Source: Thermoproteota archaeon
GTDB lineage: Archaea; Asgardarchaeota; Njordarchaeia; Njordarchaeales; Panguiarchaeaceae
Direction of reading: 5' to 3'
Assembly (NCBI GenBank): GCA_024720975.1
Contig: JANJXX010000004.1
Location: 32,517-96,516 of the forward strand
DNA: 64,000 nt
A model generated the notes under the pieces. The model was given only the letters and a program-made list of their open reading frames with translations. It had not been told where the DNA came from and did not search any database. This document shows positions 1 to 9,629 of the stretch, piece by piece (positions within the stretch are counted from its first letter, which is position 1; each line of letters begins with the position of its first letter). The translations under genes and the position numbers were made by a program.

Positions 1-1
1 C

Positions 2-994
2 TTCGTAGTAAATATTGCCGTATCTACAGCATTAATCTCCTGCGTTCCCAACATAGTCGTCGCCGCAACAGTTAAGCTTGACTATGGATTTTTCATAGCT
101 AACTTAGCACCAATAACCTTGGTGATGGTCCTAATCGTTTTCTATATTACACACTCTGTAATGCCACCAAGTAAATCTGTTGATCCATTACGAGCGCTCG
201 CTGTAGTGGATATGAATCCATGGTTATTCGTAAGAAGCAAGCTAGAATTCGCAATTTCATTCGCTAGCCTGGCAGGTTTCATCCTGGGCCTTCTACTTTT
301 GCGCACGCACGGACTTATCATTGCTACCGTGCTATTCGCCGCATTGGTGCTTGCAACTTTTCGTAGAGCTGATGAATTACTCCGTGATATTGATTGGGAT
401 ACAATCATATTCATCATGAGCTTCTACCTAATAGTTGGTGGTGTCGCTAAGCTAGGAATACTCAATATGCTTGCTGAAGGATTACTAGGGCTTGCTGGGA
501 GCAATATTTTCCTCCTATTGACAGTGTTGTATTGGCCAGCGTTGTTTATAAGTGGACTTTTGGAAGATCTTCTCTATGTGTTGCTGCTCATACCAATGTT
601 AAGCCAAATTCTACTTCAGCCCGGATTTGAAATTTACAGAGAGTTCTTCTGGATACTCTTAATACTGAGTTGTAACGTTGGAGGAGTAATGACTACTTAT
701 TCCTCACCATATAATCTCATAGGCCTCGCTATAGCTAAAAGAGCTGGCGAAGAAATATCCAGTAAGACATTCCACAAGATAAGCAAGAGAGCGTTTCCCA
801 TTGTCAGCGTCATTACATACGCCTACCTGGTTGCATTACTATACTTTAGAGAGTACATTGGCATAGGAATAGCGTTAGCAATCATAACTATGGTGCTCGT
901 AATAGTTCATCGACTCGTCGGTATCAGTAGACTCCTACGAAGTATAATCTCAGAAACTGTGAGAATCCTTAAAAAAAGAGTGATAAAAATTTAG
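2..994 (+). CDS. ArsB/NhaD (SLC13/CitMHS-like) ion transporter, 5'-truncated by window edge
   Basis: Frame is open from position 2. Multiple TM helices with 'IDWDTIIFIMSFYLIVGGV' and 'CNVGGVMTTYSSPYNLI' motifs typical of the IT superfamily. Confidence 0.8.
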   Translation, partial: FVVNIAVSTALISCVPNIVVAATVKLDYGFFIANLAPITLVMVLIVFYITHSVMPPSKSVDPLRALAVVDMNPWLFVRSKLEFAISFASLAGFILGLLLLRTHGLIIATVLFAALVLATFRRADELLRDIDWDTIIFIMSFYLIVGGVAKLGILNMLAEGLLGLAGSNIFLLLTVLYWPALFISGLLEDLLYVLLLIPMLSQILLQPGFEIYREFFWILLILSCNVGGVMTTYSSPYNLIGLAIAKRAGEEISSKTFHKISKRAFPIVSVITYAYLVALLYFREYIGIGIALAIITMVLVIVHRLVGISRLLRSIISETVRILKKRVIKI

Positions 995-1600
995 CTATTC
1001 AATAGGCTTCTTTGGCTCAAGCGGCTCCCAGCCGAATTTAGCCCTAAAATCGTTCACCATTCTAATCGCTTTCTCCTTCGTCTCTGGGTCCATATGCTTA
1101 GATTTTAAGATCGCCATGAATAGAACCCATGTTCTAGCATTTATCACCTTCTTAGGAATGCCGTGATCATAATCCTCCTGGAGTTCCCTGATAATGGCAG
1201 CTACTTCCTCTATATCAGAAAGTCCTGGTTTGCCTATATCCCTAACCTCTCTACCCAGGTAAAGACTTCCCCTCTCTACAACAACAAATTTACCCATTTC
1301 ATAGGTAATCCTATTCTTGACTAACCTATCGTAGAATGTCCAGTTATCATAAACATTCGGAGCCCTCCTCTTTAACTCCGAGAGAACGAAAGACCTTACC
1401 GTCCTTGAGGTTACCTCCTTACTACCAGCAATCTTTTTCTCAACCCTATCGGCAATCTTCTCAGCAAGACTCCTTGAACCACCCGCTTTAACGATACTAG
1501 CAACGAGCTTCTCCCTATTATAGGGCTCAGCTGTTCCATCGACCTTCAAAATCATCGTCTCGATTTTTTCTTCCCTTCCTCTCTTAGCCAAAATTACCAC
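995..1600 (-). CDS. ATP-cone domain protein with unknown C-terminal domain
   Basis: 'ILKVDGTAEPYNREKLVASIVKAG...VTSRTVRSFVLSELKR' matches the ATP cone. The ~100 aa C-terminus is unrecognised. Confidence 0.75.
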   Translation of the reverse strand: MVILAKRGREEKIETMILKVDGTAEPYNREKLVASIVKAGGSRSLAEKIADRVEKKIAGSKEVTSRTVRSFVLSELKRRAPNVYDNWTFYDRLVKNRITYEMGKFVVVERGSLYLGREVRDIGKPGLSDIEEVAAIIRELQEDYDHGIPKKVINARTWVLFMAILKSKHMDPETKEKAIRMVNDFRAKFGWEPLEPKKPIE

Positions 1601-1821
1601 CAGTAAAAATTGGGACTACTTTCAAACAATGACTTTATATGATTATATATAAATAAGTTTAATTAGACGCACCCCCTTATAAGAAGTTGCTATCAACTCT
1701 AAACCAATCTCAAACCGCTCTAAAACAACCAAGCTAGTCCAAGCCAGTTCAACCAACCTTTCTCCAGGCTATAGCTCCTCATGGACCAGTGATATTTACG
1801 ATTCCTAGAACCCCTTGACCC

Positions 1822-2040
1822 TTATGTATACAAATCTTCCTCTTCCTCCTCCCCTTCAGTAAGTCCCAATAGCATGTCTCCCAGATCGTCCAGCTTCCTG
1901 GCTATCTCATTTATGAGATCTATTGCCTCAGCAAGAACTTTATCATCAATACTCTCAACATTCTTAGCACTTTCAATAAGTTCGTAAACTTTACTCCGCA
2001 ATTCACGCAGAGAATTAAGCAAATCACTCAAGACCAGCAC
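1822..2040 (-). CDS. small acidic helical hypothetical protein
   Basis: 72 aa, two amphipathic helices, poly-Glu tail, coding-like composition. Confidence 0.55.
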   Translation of the reverse strand: MLVLSDLLNSLRELRSKVYELIESAKNVESIDDKVLAEAIDLINEIARKLDDLGDMLLGLTEGEEEEEDLYT

Positions 2041-2312
2041 CAGCCAAACGAAACTTTACCATGCAAAATACTATCAAAAAAAGCCATATATAACTGAACT
2101 TATCGATAGAACCATAAACAACAAGAAATTCTCCGTTGCTTCGGAAGTATACAAAATTAATCTATTTCCAGCTCCTTGAGTCCTTTAAAAATGGAAGAGA
2201 AAGCGGGAGGTTTATGTTTATAGAGCTGCCCCTACCTCTTTATTGCCTCCTCATATTAGTACTTTTCTAGACATGCCTCTAACTTCATGACAATATCTAT
2301 TATCATGCGTGT

Positions 2313-3764
2313 CTAATACTCTCCGAGCTCTTTCTTATATATTTCTACTAGTTTTTCACCCCAGTTATCTATGTCTTTTAGTCTTCCTAGGAAGAATCTT
2401 AGGATTGGTGGTTCGTATACCCATTGTAATCCTTTTATTACTTCTCTGTTCTCGTATAGCCATACTAATCTATCTATCAAGTAATCTGCATGTGATTTCA
2501 AATATGTTCTTCTTGGAAATGCTATTCTTATTAGTTCTAGGTCTGGGTATATCTCTCTTCCATCTTTATCTCTATCCATTGATAGTGCTCCTCTCTCCAT
2601 TGATCTAATACCTGATGCTATGTAAAGTGCTGCTGCTAGTGATCCTGCAGGGTATTCGTTTCTCTTAACATGGGATAAGAATTCTACCGCGTCAATGTGA
2701 ACTCCTAAGCCCCCTGGTGGTAGTATTACTGGTATTCCTCTTTTATCGAGTTCTCTAACAGTATAGTTTATTAACTCTAGCTCTGACCCTATGATACTCT
2801 CATCAATCATTTCTCTTAGTCCAACAGCCATTGCTGCAATCTCTCTAGTACTCATGCCCCCATACGTTAAGAATCCCTCGTATACTGGTACATGGACAAT
2901 TAATTTCTCGTAAAGCTCCCTATTATTAGTTGCTATTAGCCCTCCTCTAACTGATGGCGCTTTTCTGGCACTCATATATACTAAATCAGCGTAGCTCACA
3001 AATTCTCTAAGTATGCTAGCTAAGCTTTTAGACTTATAGCCCGGCTCCCTCTCCCTTATAAAGTATACGTTCCAATCTATCATACTAGCGTCTAGTACAA
3101 GTAGGACATTATATTTATCACAGAGCTCTCTCACCTCCTTAATATTCCTCATAGATACGGGTTGCCCTCCAAGGAGATTAGCTACAGCTTCTATTCTAAC
3201 AAATGGAACTCTATTACCAAACCTTCTAAGAATATCTTCAAGCCTCTCAATATCAATGTCACCTTTAAATGGGTATGTACTCCTCTTATCTAAGGCCTCC
3301 TTGACTGGAATCTCTATTATCTCACCACCAGCAAGCTCTATATGGGCTTTAGTTGTTGTGAAATGATAATTCATAGGTACAATACTACCTTGCTTTACGA
3401 GAACCTTAGATATGATGTGTTCAGCGGCTCTACCTTGATGAACTGGTATAACATATTTAAAACCCATAAGCTCTTCTACAACACTTGAAAGCTCGTAATA
3501 CGACCTACTACCAGCATATGCGTCTTGAGCAGATATCATAGCTGCGATTTGCTTATCACTCATAGCATTAACGCCACTATCAGTAAGCATATCTATGAAT
3601 ACATCGTCAGCCTTTAAGAGGAAAGTGTTCCAGCCAGCCTCTCTAATGGCCTTAAGCCTTAAATCGATAGGTGGAAGGCTTAACTTCTCAAAAACTCTGA
3701 TCCTAAACCCGTCAACCTTAAGGAGTCCGCCATCATGAGACTTGACAACGATCAAGTTGAACAC
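2313..3764 (-). CDS. tnaA: tryptophanase / tyrosine phenol-lyase family PLP beta-eliminating lyase
   Basis: 'NTFLL..DVFIDMLTDSG', 'HQGRAAE', PLP-Lys region 'MSARK', 'YEGFLTYGGM', 'LRFF'. Confidence 0.85.
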   Translation of the reverse strand: MFNLIVVKSHDGGLLKVDGFRIRVFEKLSLPPIDLRLKAIREAGWNTFLLKADDVFIDMLTDSGVNAMSDKQIAAMISAQDAYAGSRSYYELSSVVEELMGFKYVIPVHQGRAAEHIISKVLVKQGSIVPMNYHFTTTKAHIELAGGEIIEIPVKEALDKRSTYPFKGDIDIERLEDILRRFGNRVPFVRIEAVANLLGGQPVSMRNIKEVRELCDKYNVLLVLDASMIDWNVYFIREREPGYKSKSLASILREFVSYADLVYMSARKAPSVRGGLIATNNRELYEKLIVHVPVYEGFLTYGGMSTREIAAMAVGLREMIDESIIGSELELINYTVRELDKRGIPVILPPGGLGVHIDAVEFLSHVKRNEYPAGSLAAALYIASGIRSMERGALSMDRDKDGREIYPDLELIRIAFPRRTYLKSHADYLIDRLVWLYENREVIKGLQWVYEPPILRFFLGRLKDIDNWGEKLVEIYKKELGEY

Positions 3765-4250
3765 CTAAACGCAGCTGGCCGTACATGATGATATAGCACT
3801 TATAAATTCGTTGTCATACATAGTAGACTCTAGTGGGATGACTGAGTTATATTGAACTAAGTGGTAACGTGGCTGAAGGACTGTTTTCTTTGCAAAAGTT
3901 TTCAAGCTGTTTTGACTACTATACGTACTTGGAATTAAAAATGCCCCACCCCAATGACGGCAAAATAGCCATCAGGACGGAAGGATATACCTATCCCTCG
4001 AAGCGGGCTCAGTGGTGCTCGTCGATGTAGCTCCCAATGAGCCTACAGTAGGTGGCAAGAACTAGGGGTGAGCCCCGTGTTGATAGTATCGTGCTATCTA
4101 AAAACACCTAAACAAACCTGAACAATTAACACGAGCAACTACCCGAAACTTGGTCAACCTATCCCTGTAGGTTACCTTTGCATCTATATTAAGTTTAGCA
4201 AAAGTTCATTAACCTCTTTTTTGAGATTCTAAATGCAAGAAACTCCACTG

Positions 4251-4294
4251 TCGAAGTCCCTCACAATTTTTGTTACATCAAAAATGGGACTCGA
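4251..4294. repeat. imperfect palindrome (bulged hairpin) upstream of restriction endonuclease
   Basis: TCGA-a-GTCCC-tcaca-ATTTTTG-ttacat-CAAAAAT-GGGAC-TCGA. Confidence 0.6.
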
Positions 4295-4339
4295 ACTTGA
4301 AGGAATAGGAGGATTCAATAAGCTTTTGGTGATGAATGT

Positions 4340-5088
4340 ATGGAAAAAGGCCAAAAGGAAGCCAGGATAGGTTTAGGTAGTGAGGAAGATATAGTTCGTA
4401 GAATAAATACTGATGACATATTCAAGAATTCGTTGAGAGAGTGCATGATTACTCTTGGCTTTAATCCTAAAGGGGAAATTACTACATACAAAGATAATGT
4501 AAAAACAGATATTTTCATAAAGATAAATGGTGAAATCGGCGCAAGTGTAAAATCGAGCACAGGGACAAGTTTTCATCATCTTGATAGGAGACGTCTCGAA
4601 GACTGGAGGGATTTATTAAGTATGCCGAATGACATTTTTGAGATTATAAAGGAAGCAATACTACGGGTTGCTAGAAATTCGAGGGATAAATTTATACTGG
4701 AGGCAGACAGACCCAAAATAAAGGAATTCTTTGCTAAGCATCTTAAATCTATAATAAATGAAGTTTTCACGAAGGGAGAGGAGAGTTTAAGGCTGTTGAT
4801 GATAAACGATAAACGAATCAGGAAAATTTATATTTTTAGAATGGATGATGTCCTCAATTTTTGTATGAGAATGCTAATAATAACATAAACTTTAGTAACA
4901 AAGGAATTATCAAGCTTGGAGACTTCATTACGGTCCAGAGAAAAGGTGGAAATGGAAGACATATAACTATTCCTAAAACTGATTGGGAACATCCAGGTAA
5001 TCAATTGCAATTCAAGTTTTCACCTTTAAATTTTGTGGAATTTATCCTGAAAACAAACGCCATTAAGTTTTGTACAATTGAATATTGA
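4340..5088 (+). pseudogene. HinP1I/MspI-like type II restriction endonuclease, split by a frameshift at T5 run 4858-4862
   Basis: ORF 4340..4888 has 'KTDIFIK..GASVK' (PD-(D/E)xK-like). ORF 4861..5088 has 'ITVQRKGGNG...NQLQFK', which resembles the HinP1I C-terminus. One extra T fuses them. Confidence 0.75.
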
Positions 5089-7144
5089 ACTTGTGATTAG
5101 ATAGTATCTGATACAGTTCCTCAACTTTTTTTTCAGGGTTTTCTATTTTGATTGCCTCAGCTATAGATAAATCAAGCCTGTACCTATACTCCTTATTTAG
5201 TTGATCCCAGAAGGATGGTAAAGGTGTATTTAATATATCGTTAACGCTTTTACACAACTTAAAAGTGCTTTCTTCACCAATCACACTTACGTTGATCATA
5301 GGCAATTCTAGGTAATCATTTTCTAGGAACCTTGTCCATGTCTCCGAAATTTTTCTACCTAACAACATGAGTATTGAAATAAAAATCGTACTGTTAAACC
5401 AACCGGCAAGGAGCTTAGCAGTTACTTCATTCTCATCTTTGATTATATAAAAATTTTTAGACGCAGCTATTTTCTCCTTGGTATAATTCGCAAAAACTCC
5501 TCGCCGCTTAAACATCAAATCTACTTTATCTGGTATGAATACATGCCCGAATGGTTTTTTTGTTATCATTTGCCTGTGAACATGACTGTACCAGTATTTG
5601 CCATACGCATTTATAGCTGGCTTTGCCGTGCCAGATTTAATTCCCCACTTGATGTAATGTTGCAGGTCTTCCGGTAGGCTATCTAGCTTTACTGGAGGAA
5701 TAGATAGCATGTAGCTGTCTACATTCGCTTCAATGAGATAGCTATAAAGACTTGGTTTACGGAGGGTTTTTATTAAGAATTCTTTACTCAACGCCAATCT
5801 AACTTTGCTTTTAACATTTTCTACTACTACAAACTTTTCATCTTCTTTTAAGATACGCCATTCCACATTTGGGATAAAAAAGAATTCCGGTCCATACATT
5901 TCAACCCCTCTAATAATACTTCTTTTACCTAGAACATCTTTCCAGTGTCCCAATGTACCGTTTTTTAGCCCCTGTTTAAATACATCGACTACGATGTCTC
6001 TAAGTTTATTTTCTCCGAAAAGAGCCAACCAGTTAATATCCAAGAATTGAGGCAAATCATGAATGTTAAATGAATTTACTTCATGATTCGATTTATGTTT
6101 ACCCATGATAATTTTGACGCATTCTTCTATATTGCCATTTAATTCGGCAAATACCGTTAGTCTATTTCTGTTAGGCCTTTTAATCGCTACTATGATGACT
6201 TCTTTGAATCCGCTATCTTCCGAAAATGACGGCCTGGATGCACACTCTATCACTGCAAGAACATCATAATTCTTCCTCAAAAGGGATTTATATCCTCTTC
6301 CATATATTGTATAAAATGTAGATGCTGGAAGAACGGATACTATTAAACCATCTTTGTTTAATGCGTAGTCTGATAGAAACATTGACAATGTTTGAAGGCT
6401 GGCTTCTTTCCTAGTAATATATTCTCCATAACCTAATCCGTTTATGACTTTAAATAGATAGCCTCGGTAACTTTTTTCTAGGTATTTCCACCTAGTGAAA
6501 GGTGGATTTGTTAAAATGATATCCGCTTTCGGTAAGTTTGTCGGAGTAAGTTGGGATAGAGCTTCAGGTATCTTCTTAAACGCATCTCCTACTATCACAT
6601 TAATAAGGTCTTTCCTCCCTTTTGTTGCAGAGAGTAGTGCTGCATATGCAACTAAGGCAGGTAGAGGTAACGGTTCAATACCCCAAACCATTTGTAATCT
6701 TTCTGTTCCTATCTTCTGAATCATTGTTGTTAATGTGCGTGCTGAACCAAGGAATGGGTCTGCAAGAACTATTTTTTTGTTTTTGAAAGTATCTAGATAT
6801 TCACATGCTACACACGCCATGAGGCGAGTGCCCTGATCGACTGTATAATAAGCTGCAAACCTTTTTCTCTTAGCTTGTGGTATTAACTTTTGTACCTGAG
6901 TTTGGCATTCATTGATAGAAATATCCACTTTTGGTAATTTAGATTCAATAAATTTAATTTCATCAGAGTTCAGCCTTTCCAAATTAGGCAGTACCGGAGC
7001 ATCCCAATCTTTCAGTGATTCTAGACTTCTATCTTTGCTATATTGTAATATAACCTTTAAGCTGGCTATGAAAATTTTAAAATTGTCAGGAGTAGCAGGT
7101 TCTATACCTAGCTTTTGAAGTATTCTGCTTTGCTTCATATTCAC
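5063..7144 (-). CDS. amino (N6-adenine type, gamma-order) DNA methyltransferase with C-terminal target-recognition region
   Basis: 'AYYT', motif I 'DPFLGSA', motif IV 'ILTNPPF', 'FNS' in the C-terminal TaqI-C-like region. Confidence 0.85.
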   Translation of the reverse strand: MNMKQSRILQKLGIEPATPDNFKIFIASLKVILQYSKDRSLESLKDWDAPVLPNLERLNSDEIKFIESKLPKVDISINECQTQVQKLIPQAKRKRFAAYYTVDQGTRLMACVACEYLDTFKNKKIVLADPFLGSARTLTTMIQKIGTERLQMVWGIEPLPLPALVAYAALLSATKGRKDLINVIVGDAFKKIPEALSQLTPTNLPKADIILTNPPFTRWKYLEKSYRGYLFKVINGLGYGEYITRKEASLQTLSMFLSDYALNKDGLIVSVLPASTFYTIYGRGYKSLLRKNYDVLAVIECASRPSFSEDSGFKEVIIVAIKRPNRNRLTVFAELNGNIEECVKIIMGKHKSNHEVNSFNIHDLPQFLDINWLALFGENKLRDIVVDVFKQGLKNGTLGHWKDVLGKRSIIRGVEMYGPEFFFIPNVEWRILKEDEKFVVVENVKSKVRLALSKEFLIKTLRKPSLYSYLIEANVDSYMLSIPPVKLDSLPEDLQHYIKWGIKSGTAKPAINAYGKYWYSHVHRQMITKKPFGHVFIPDKVDLMFKRRGVFANYTKEKIAASKNFYIIKDENEVTAKLLAGWFNSTIFISILMLLGRKISETWTRFLENDYLELPMINVSVIGEESTFKLCKSVNDILNTPLPSFWDQLNKEYRYRLDLSIAEAIKIENPEKKVEELYQILSNHKFNIQLYKT

Positions 7145-7230
7145 TTCACTTTCTTCTTTTCTCTCTCATTCGGATTAGATTTTCAACAAGCCTGAAAGAG
7201 AGCTATAGAAATCCTCACATTGCGCCACCC

Positions 7231-7500
7231 CTAGGCACTTCTTAGCGCATGTGTTGCCCTCTTACCTGAGAGATCGCTGCACTCACTAAAGTATTTTACA
7301 AGCCCATCACTTAGGATTCGGTTACTGCTATTCCCGGCGCTGCAAGTTGATGTGGGCCTATCCCTAACCGCTATCCAGAGTCTAACAGCCTCCTCAAGCA
7401 CTCTAGAAATCGAACCCTTCCCTCCTCCAAAACGCCTGGCTACCTCAGTCCTAAACCCCCTCTTCAGATTATCTAGAAGCATGAAGACGATCCTGCCCAT
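7231..7500 (-). CDS. ribbon-helix-helix DNA-binding protein, C-terminus probably degenerate
   Basis: 'MGRIVFML...FRTEVARRFGGGKGSISRVLEEAVRLWI' fits an archaeal RHH/CopG-like pattern. GGTGA RBS present. Confidence 0.55.
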   Translation of the reverse strand: MGRIVFMLLDNLKRGFRTEVARRFGGGKGSISRVLEEAVRLWIAVRDRPTSTCSAGNSSNRILSDGLVKYFSECSDLSGKRATHALRSA

Positions 7501-7517
7501 ACTTTCACCATTGTCGG

Positions 7518-7614
7518 ATAGTTAACACTTTATAACCATCCATTCCACCTCAACCTTAAAGACTTTGTAGGTGACTTTTGTCACCAACAGTAAAAATGTT
7601 ATAAAGTTAACTAT
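7518..7614. promoter_or_regulatory. inverted repeat pair with internal palindrome upstream of RHH gene (candidate operator/divergent promoter)
   Basis: ATAGTTAAC(AC)TTTATAAC at 7518-7536 mirrors GTTATAAAGTTAACTAT at 7598-7614. GGTGAC-tttt-GTCACC at 7570-7585. Confidence 0.45.
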
Positions 7615-7740
7615 TTTGAAACTGCTGACATACCCCAACATAGACAACGTTTCACTTATGTATTTATCTATACAAACTCTTATCTACTTGTGTACCTATT
7701 TACATATGTTTAGACTACTTTAAAACTTTAAAAGATTCCA

Positions 7741-7784
7741 CTGACCCCCTCTCTGCACTGAATGACGGATTTGTGAAGGTTTAA
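7741..7784 (-). mobile_element. degenerate IS200/IS605-type end / mini-element variant
   Basis: Minus strand TTAA-ACCTTCACAAATCCGTCATTCAGTGCAGAGAGGGGGTCAG shares the GGnGGTCAG terminus with the other copies. Confidence 0.4.
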
Positions 7785-7970
7785 GGATATCAATCAAGAT
7801 AGCTATCTGAAGAGCCTGAATCATCTAAACTATAACTAAATTGATTTCGATAAGTCCCCCATGTAGGAACCCATGAATTGGCTTATGCTAAGTGACACAT
7901 TACATGGCGAAGTATGAGACTCTTCTTATCCTTCTCCTGAAATGTTGAGTGTATATGATGAAACAGTTAC

Positions 7971-8006
7971 AACTGAAAGCCCAACCTTTAGAGCGAAGGA
8001 GGTCAG
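7971..8006 (+). mobile_element. 36-bp single-hairpin IS200/IS605-type mini-element, copy A
   Basis: TTAC|AACTGAAAGCCCAACCTTTAGAGCGAAGGAGGTCAG. Confidence 0.65.
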
Positions 8007-8192
8007 CTATTCGTGGTACTTAAGTATCAAATGATACTCATGTCAAAAGTTGTAAGTGAAGGTGTGTACCTCTAAAACTTTTTTGTATAAGTGTTTTTGA
8101 TCATCGTCTGGCAACATCACAAGTAAAATTCAGCGAAATCATGCGTAATGTTTATAATGGTAGGGTTTAGTTTGATCGCTGCGAAGGTTGTT

Positions 8193-9593
8193 CTATGTTT
8201 TCTTTTCTCGCATGGAGACGCTTGAGGCTACTACGAGTGGGTCCCATACTGGTGAGAATGGTGGTGCGTAGCCGAAGTCAATGTAGAATATGTCGTCTAT
8301 TGTCAAGCCTGCGTAGAGTGCTGTGGCAATTGTGTTTATCCTGCTCATCATGCCGGCTCCAACGATTTGTCCTCCTAGTAGCTTTCTTGTGTTTTCATCG
8401 TAGATTAATTTGGCGGTGATTTTTGCTGCGTCTGGGTAATAGGAGGGTTTGTTTAGCCCTTCTATTTTCACGCTCTTAACGTTATAGCCTTCGGCTTTTG
8501 CCTCTTTTGTGTTAAGTCCAGTATATCCTATCTCTAGATCGAAGAATTTGATGAATGAGGTACCGACAGCGCCTTTCATTTCCATGTATGCTCCGGCTAC
8601 GTTAGCTCCAGCGACTCTGCCCATTTTGTTTGCTATTTGGGCTAGAGGGAACCAGTCTGGCTTTCCTGTCACGATGTTTGTCATTTCGGCTACATCTCCT
8701 GCGGCATACACATTCTCTAGATTTGTTTGCATTCTTGGATTGACTTTGATTGTATTCTTGAACCCAAATTTCAGTGGAGATCCAGTGAGCATGTCTGTGT
8801 TTGGCTCTATACCAATGCCAACTATGACTATGTCAGCTGGATATTCTCCTTTGTTTGTTATGACTTTTTGAACCCGCTGTTCTCCTTCAAAGGCAATGAC
8901 TTCTTCCTCTTTATGTAGTTCAATGCCTTTATTTAGCAATTCTTTTTCAACGAGCTCGCTCATGTCGTCATCGAGCTTAGATAATACTTTTGAACCATGT
9001 GTAATTACAGTTACTCTCTTTCCTTGTCGTAAGAATGCGTCGGAGAATTCAATGCCTAGTGGTCCTGCTCCTATCAAAACCACGTTTTTGCAATTCTTTA
9101 GGTCCTTTTTTATTGGTATACCATCATCTATATGTCTAATGTAATACACACCATTTAGATCTTCCCCATCTACTTTCAATCTACGTGGTTTTGAGCCCAT
9201 TGCTAAGATGAGGTAGTCATATTCAAATTCAAGTTCTTTATCATCGCTTAGAGCATAAACTTTGCATGATGAGAAATCAAACTTGTAGGCTCTAGTTCTT
9301 AAGTATATTTTGAGTCCCCTTTCTTTTTCCAGAAATTCTGCAGGGTAATGCACGAGTTTTGATTCATCGTCAAAGAAGCCGCCTAAGAAGAATGGTAAAG
9401 CGCAGGGAGCATGTGAAACATGATTTTTGGCTTCAAGAACTATGACTTCAAGCTCTGGGCTTGTCCTTTTTGCTTTTGCTGCGGCAGCCATGCCAGCTGC
9501 TCCCCCACCAACGACTACAACTCTCTTAGGAGCCACTTTGATTCCCCTAGACTTTTTAATCCAAAAATCACTGTTTGAAGTTAAGAGGCGCAA
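8193..9593 (-). CDS. CoA-disulfide reductase / NADH oxidase family flavoprotein (true start probably GTG ~9536)
   Basis: GxGxxG twice, single redox Cys 'SHAPCALP', C-terminal 'YAPPFSPVWDP'. Confidence 0.9.
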   Translation of the reverse strand: MRLLTSNSDFWIKKSRGIKVAPKRVVVVGGGAAGMAAAAKAKRTSPELEVIVLEAKNHVSHAPCALPFFLGGFFDDESKLVHYPAEFLEKERGLKIYLRTRAYKFDFSSCKVYALSDDKELEFEYDYLILAMGSKPRRLKVDGEDLNGVYYIRHIDDGIPIKKDLKNCKNVVLIGAGPLGIEFSDAFLRQGKRVTVITHGSKVLSKLDDDMSELVEKELLNKGIELHKEEEVIAFEGEQRVQKVITNKGEYPADIVIVGIGIEPNTDMLTGSPLKFGFKNTIKVNPRMQTNLENVYAAGDVAEMTNIVTGKPDWFPLAQIANKMGRVAGANVAGAYMEMKGAVGTSFIKFFDLEIGYTGLNTKEAKAEGYNVKSVKIEGLNKPSYYPDAAKITAKLIYDENTRKLLGGQIVGAGMMSRINTIATALYAGLTIDDIFYIDFGYAPPFSPVWDPLVVASSVSMREKKT

Positions 9594-9629
9594 AATGTAC
9601 GCAAAATATTATTATAAGCTCTAACTTTC

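Noticed and set aside
3940-4090. GC-richer intergenic patch resembling a tnpB 3' end / omegaRNA remnant
   Set aside because: No recognisable RuvC or zinc-finger codons and no terminal hairpin with TCAN. Too weak to call.
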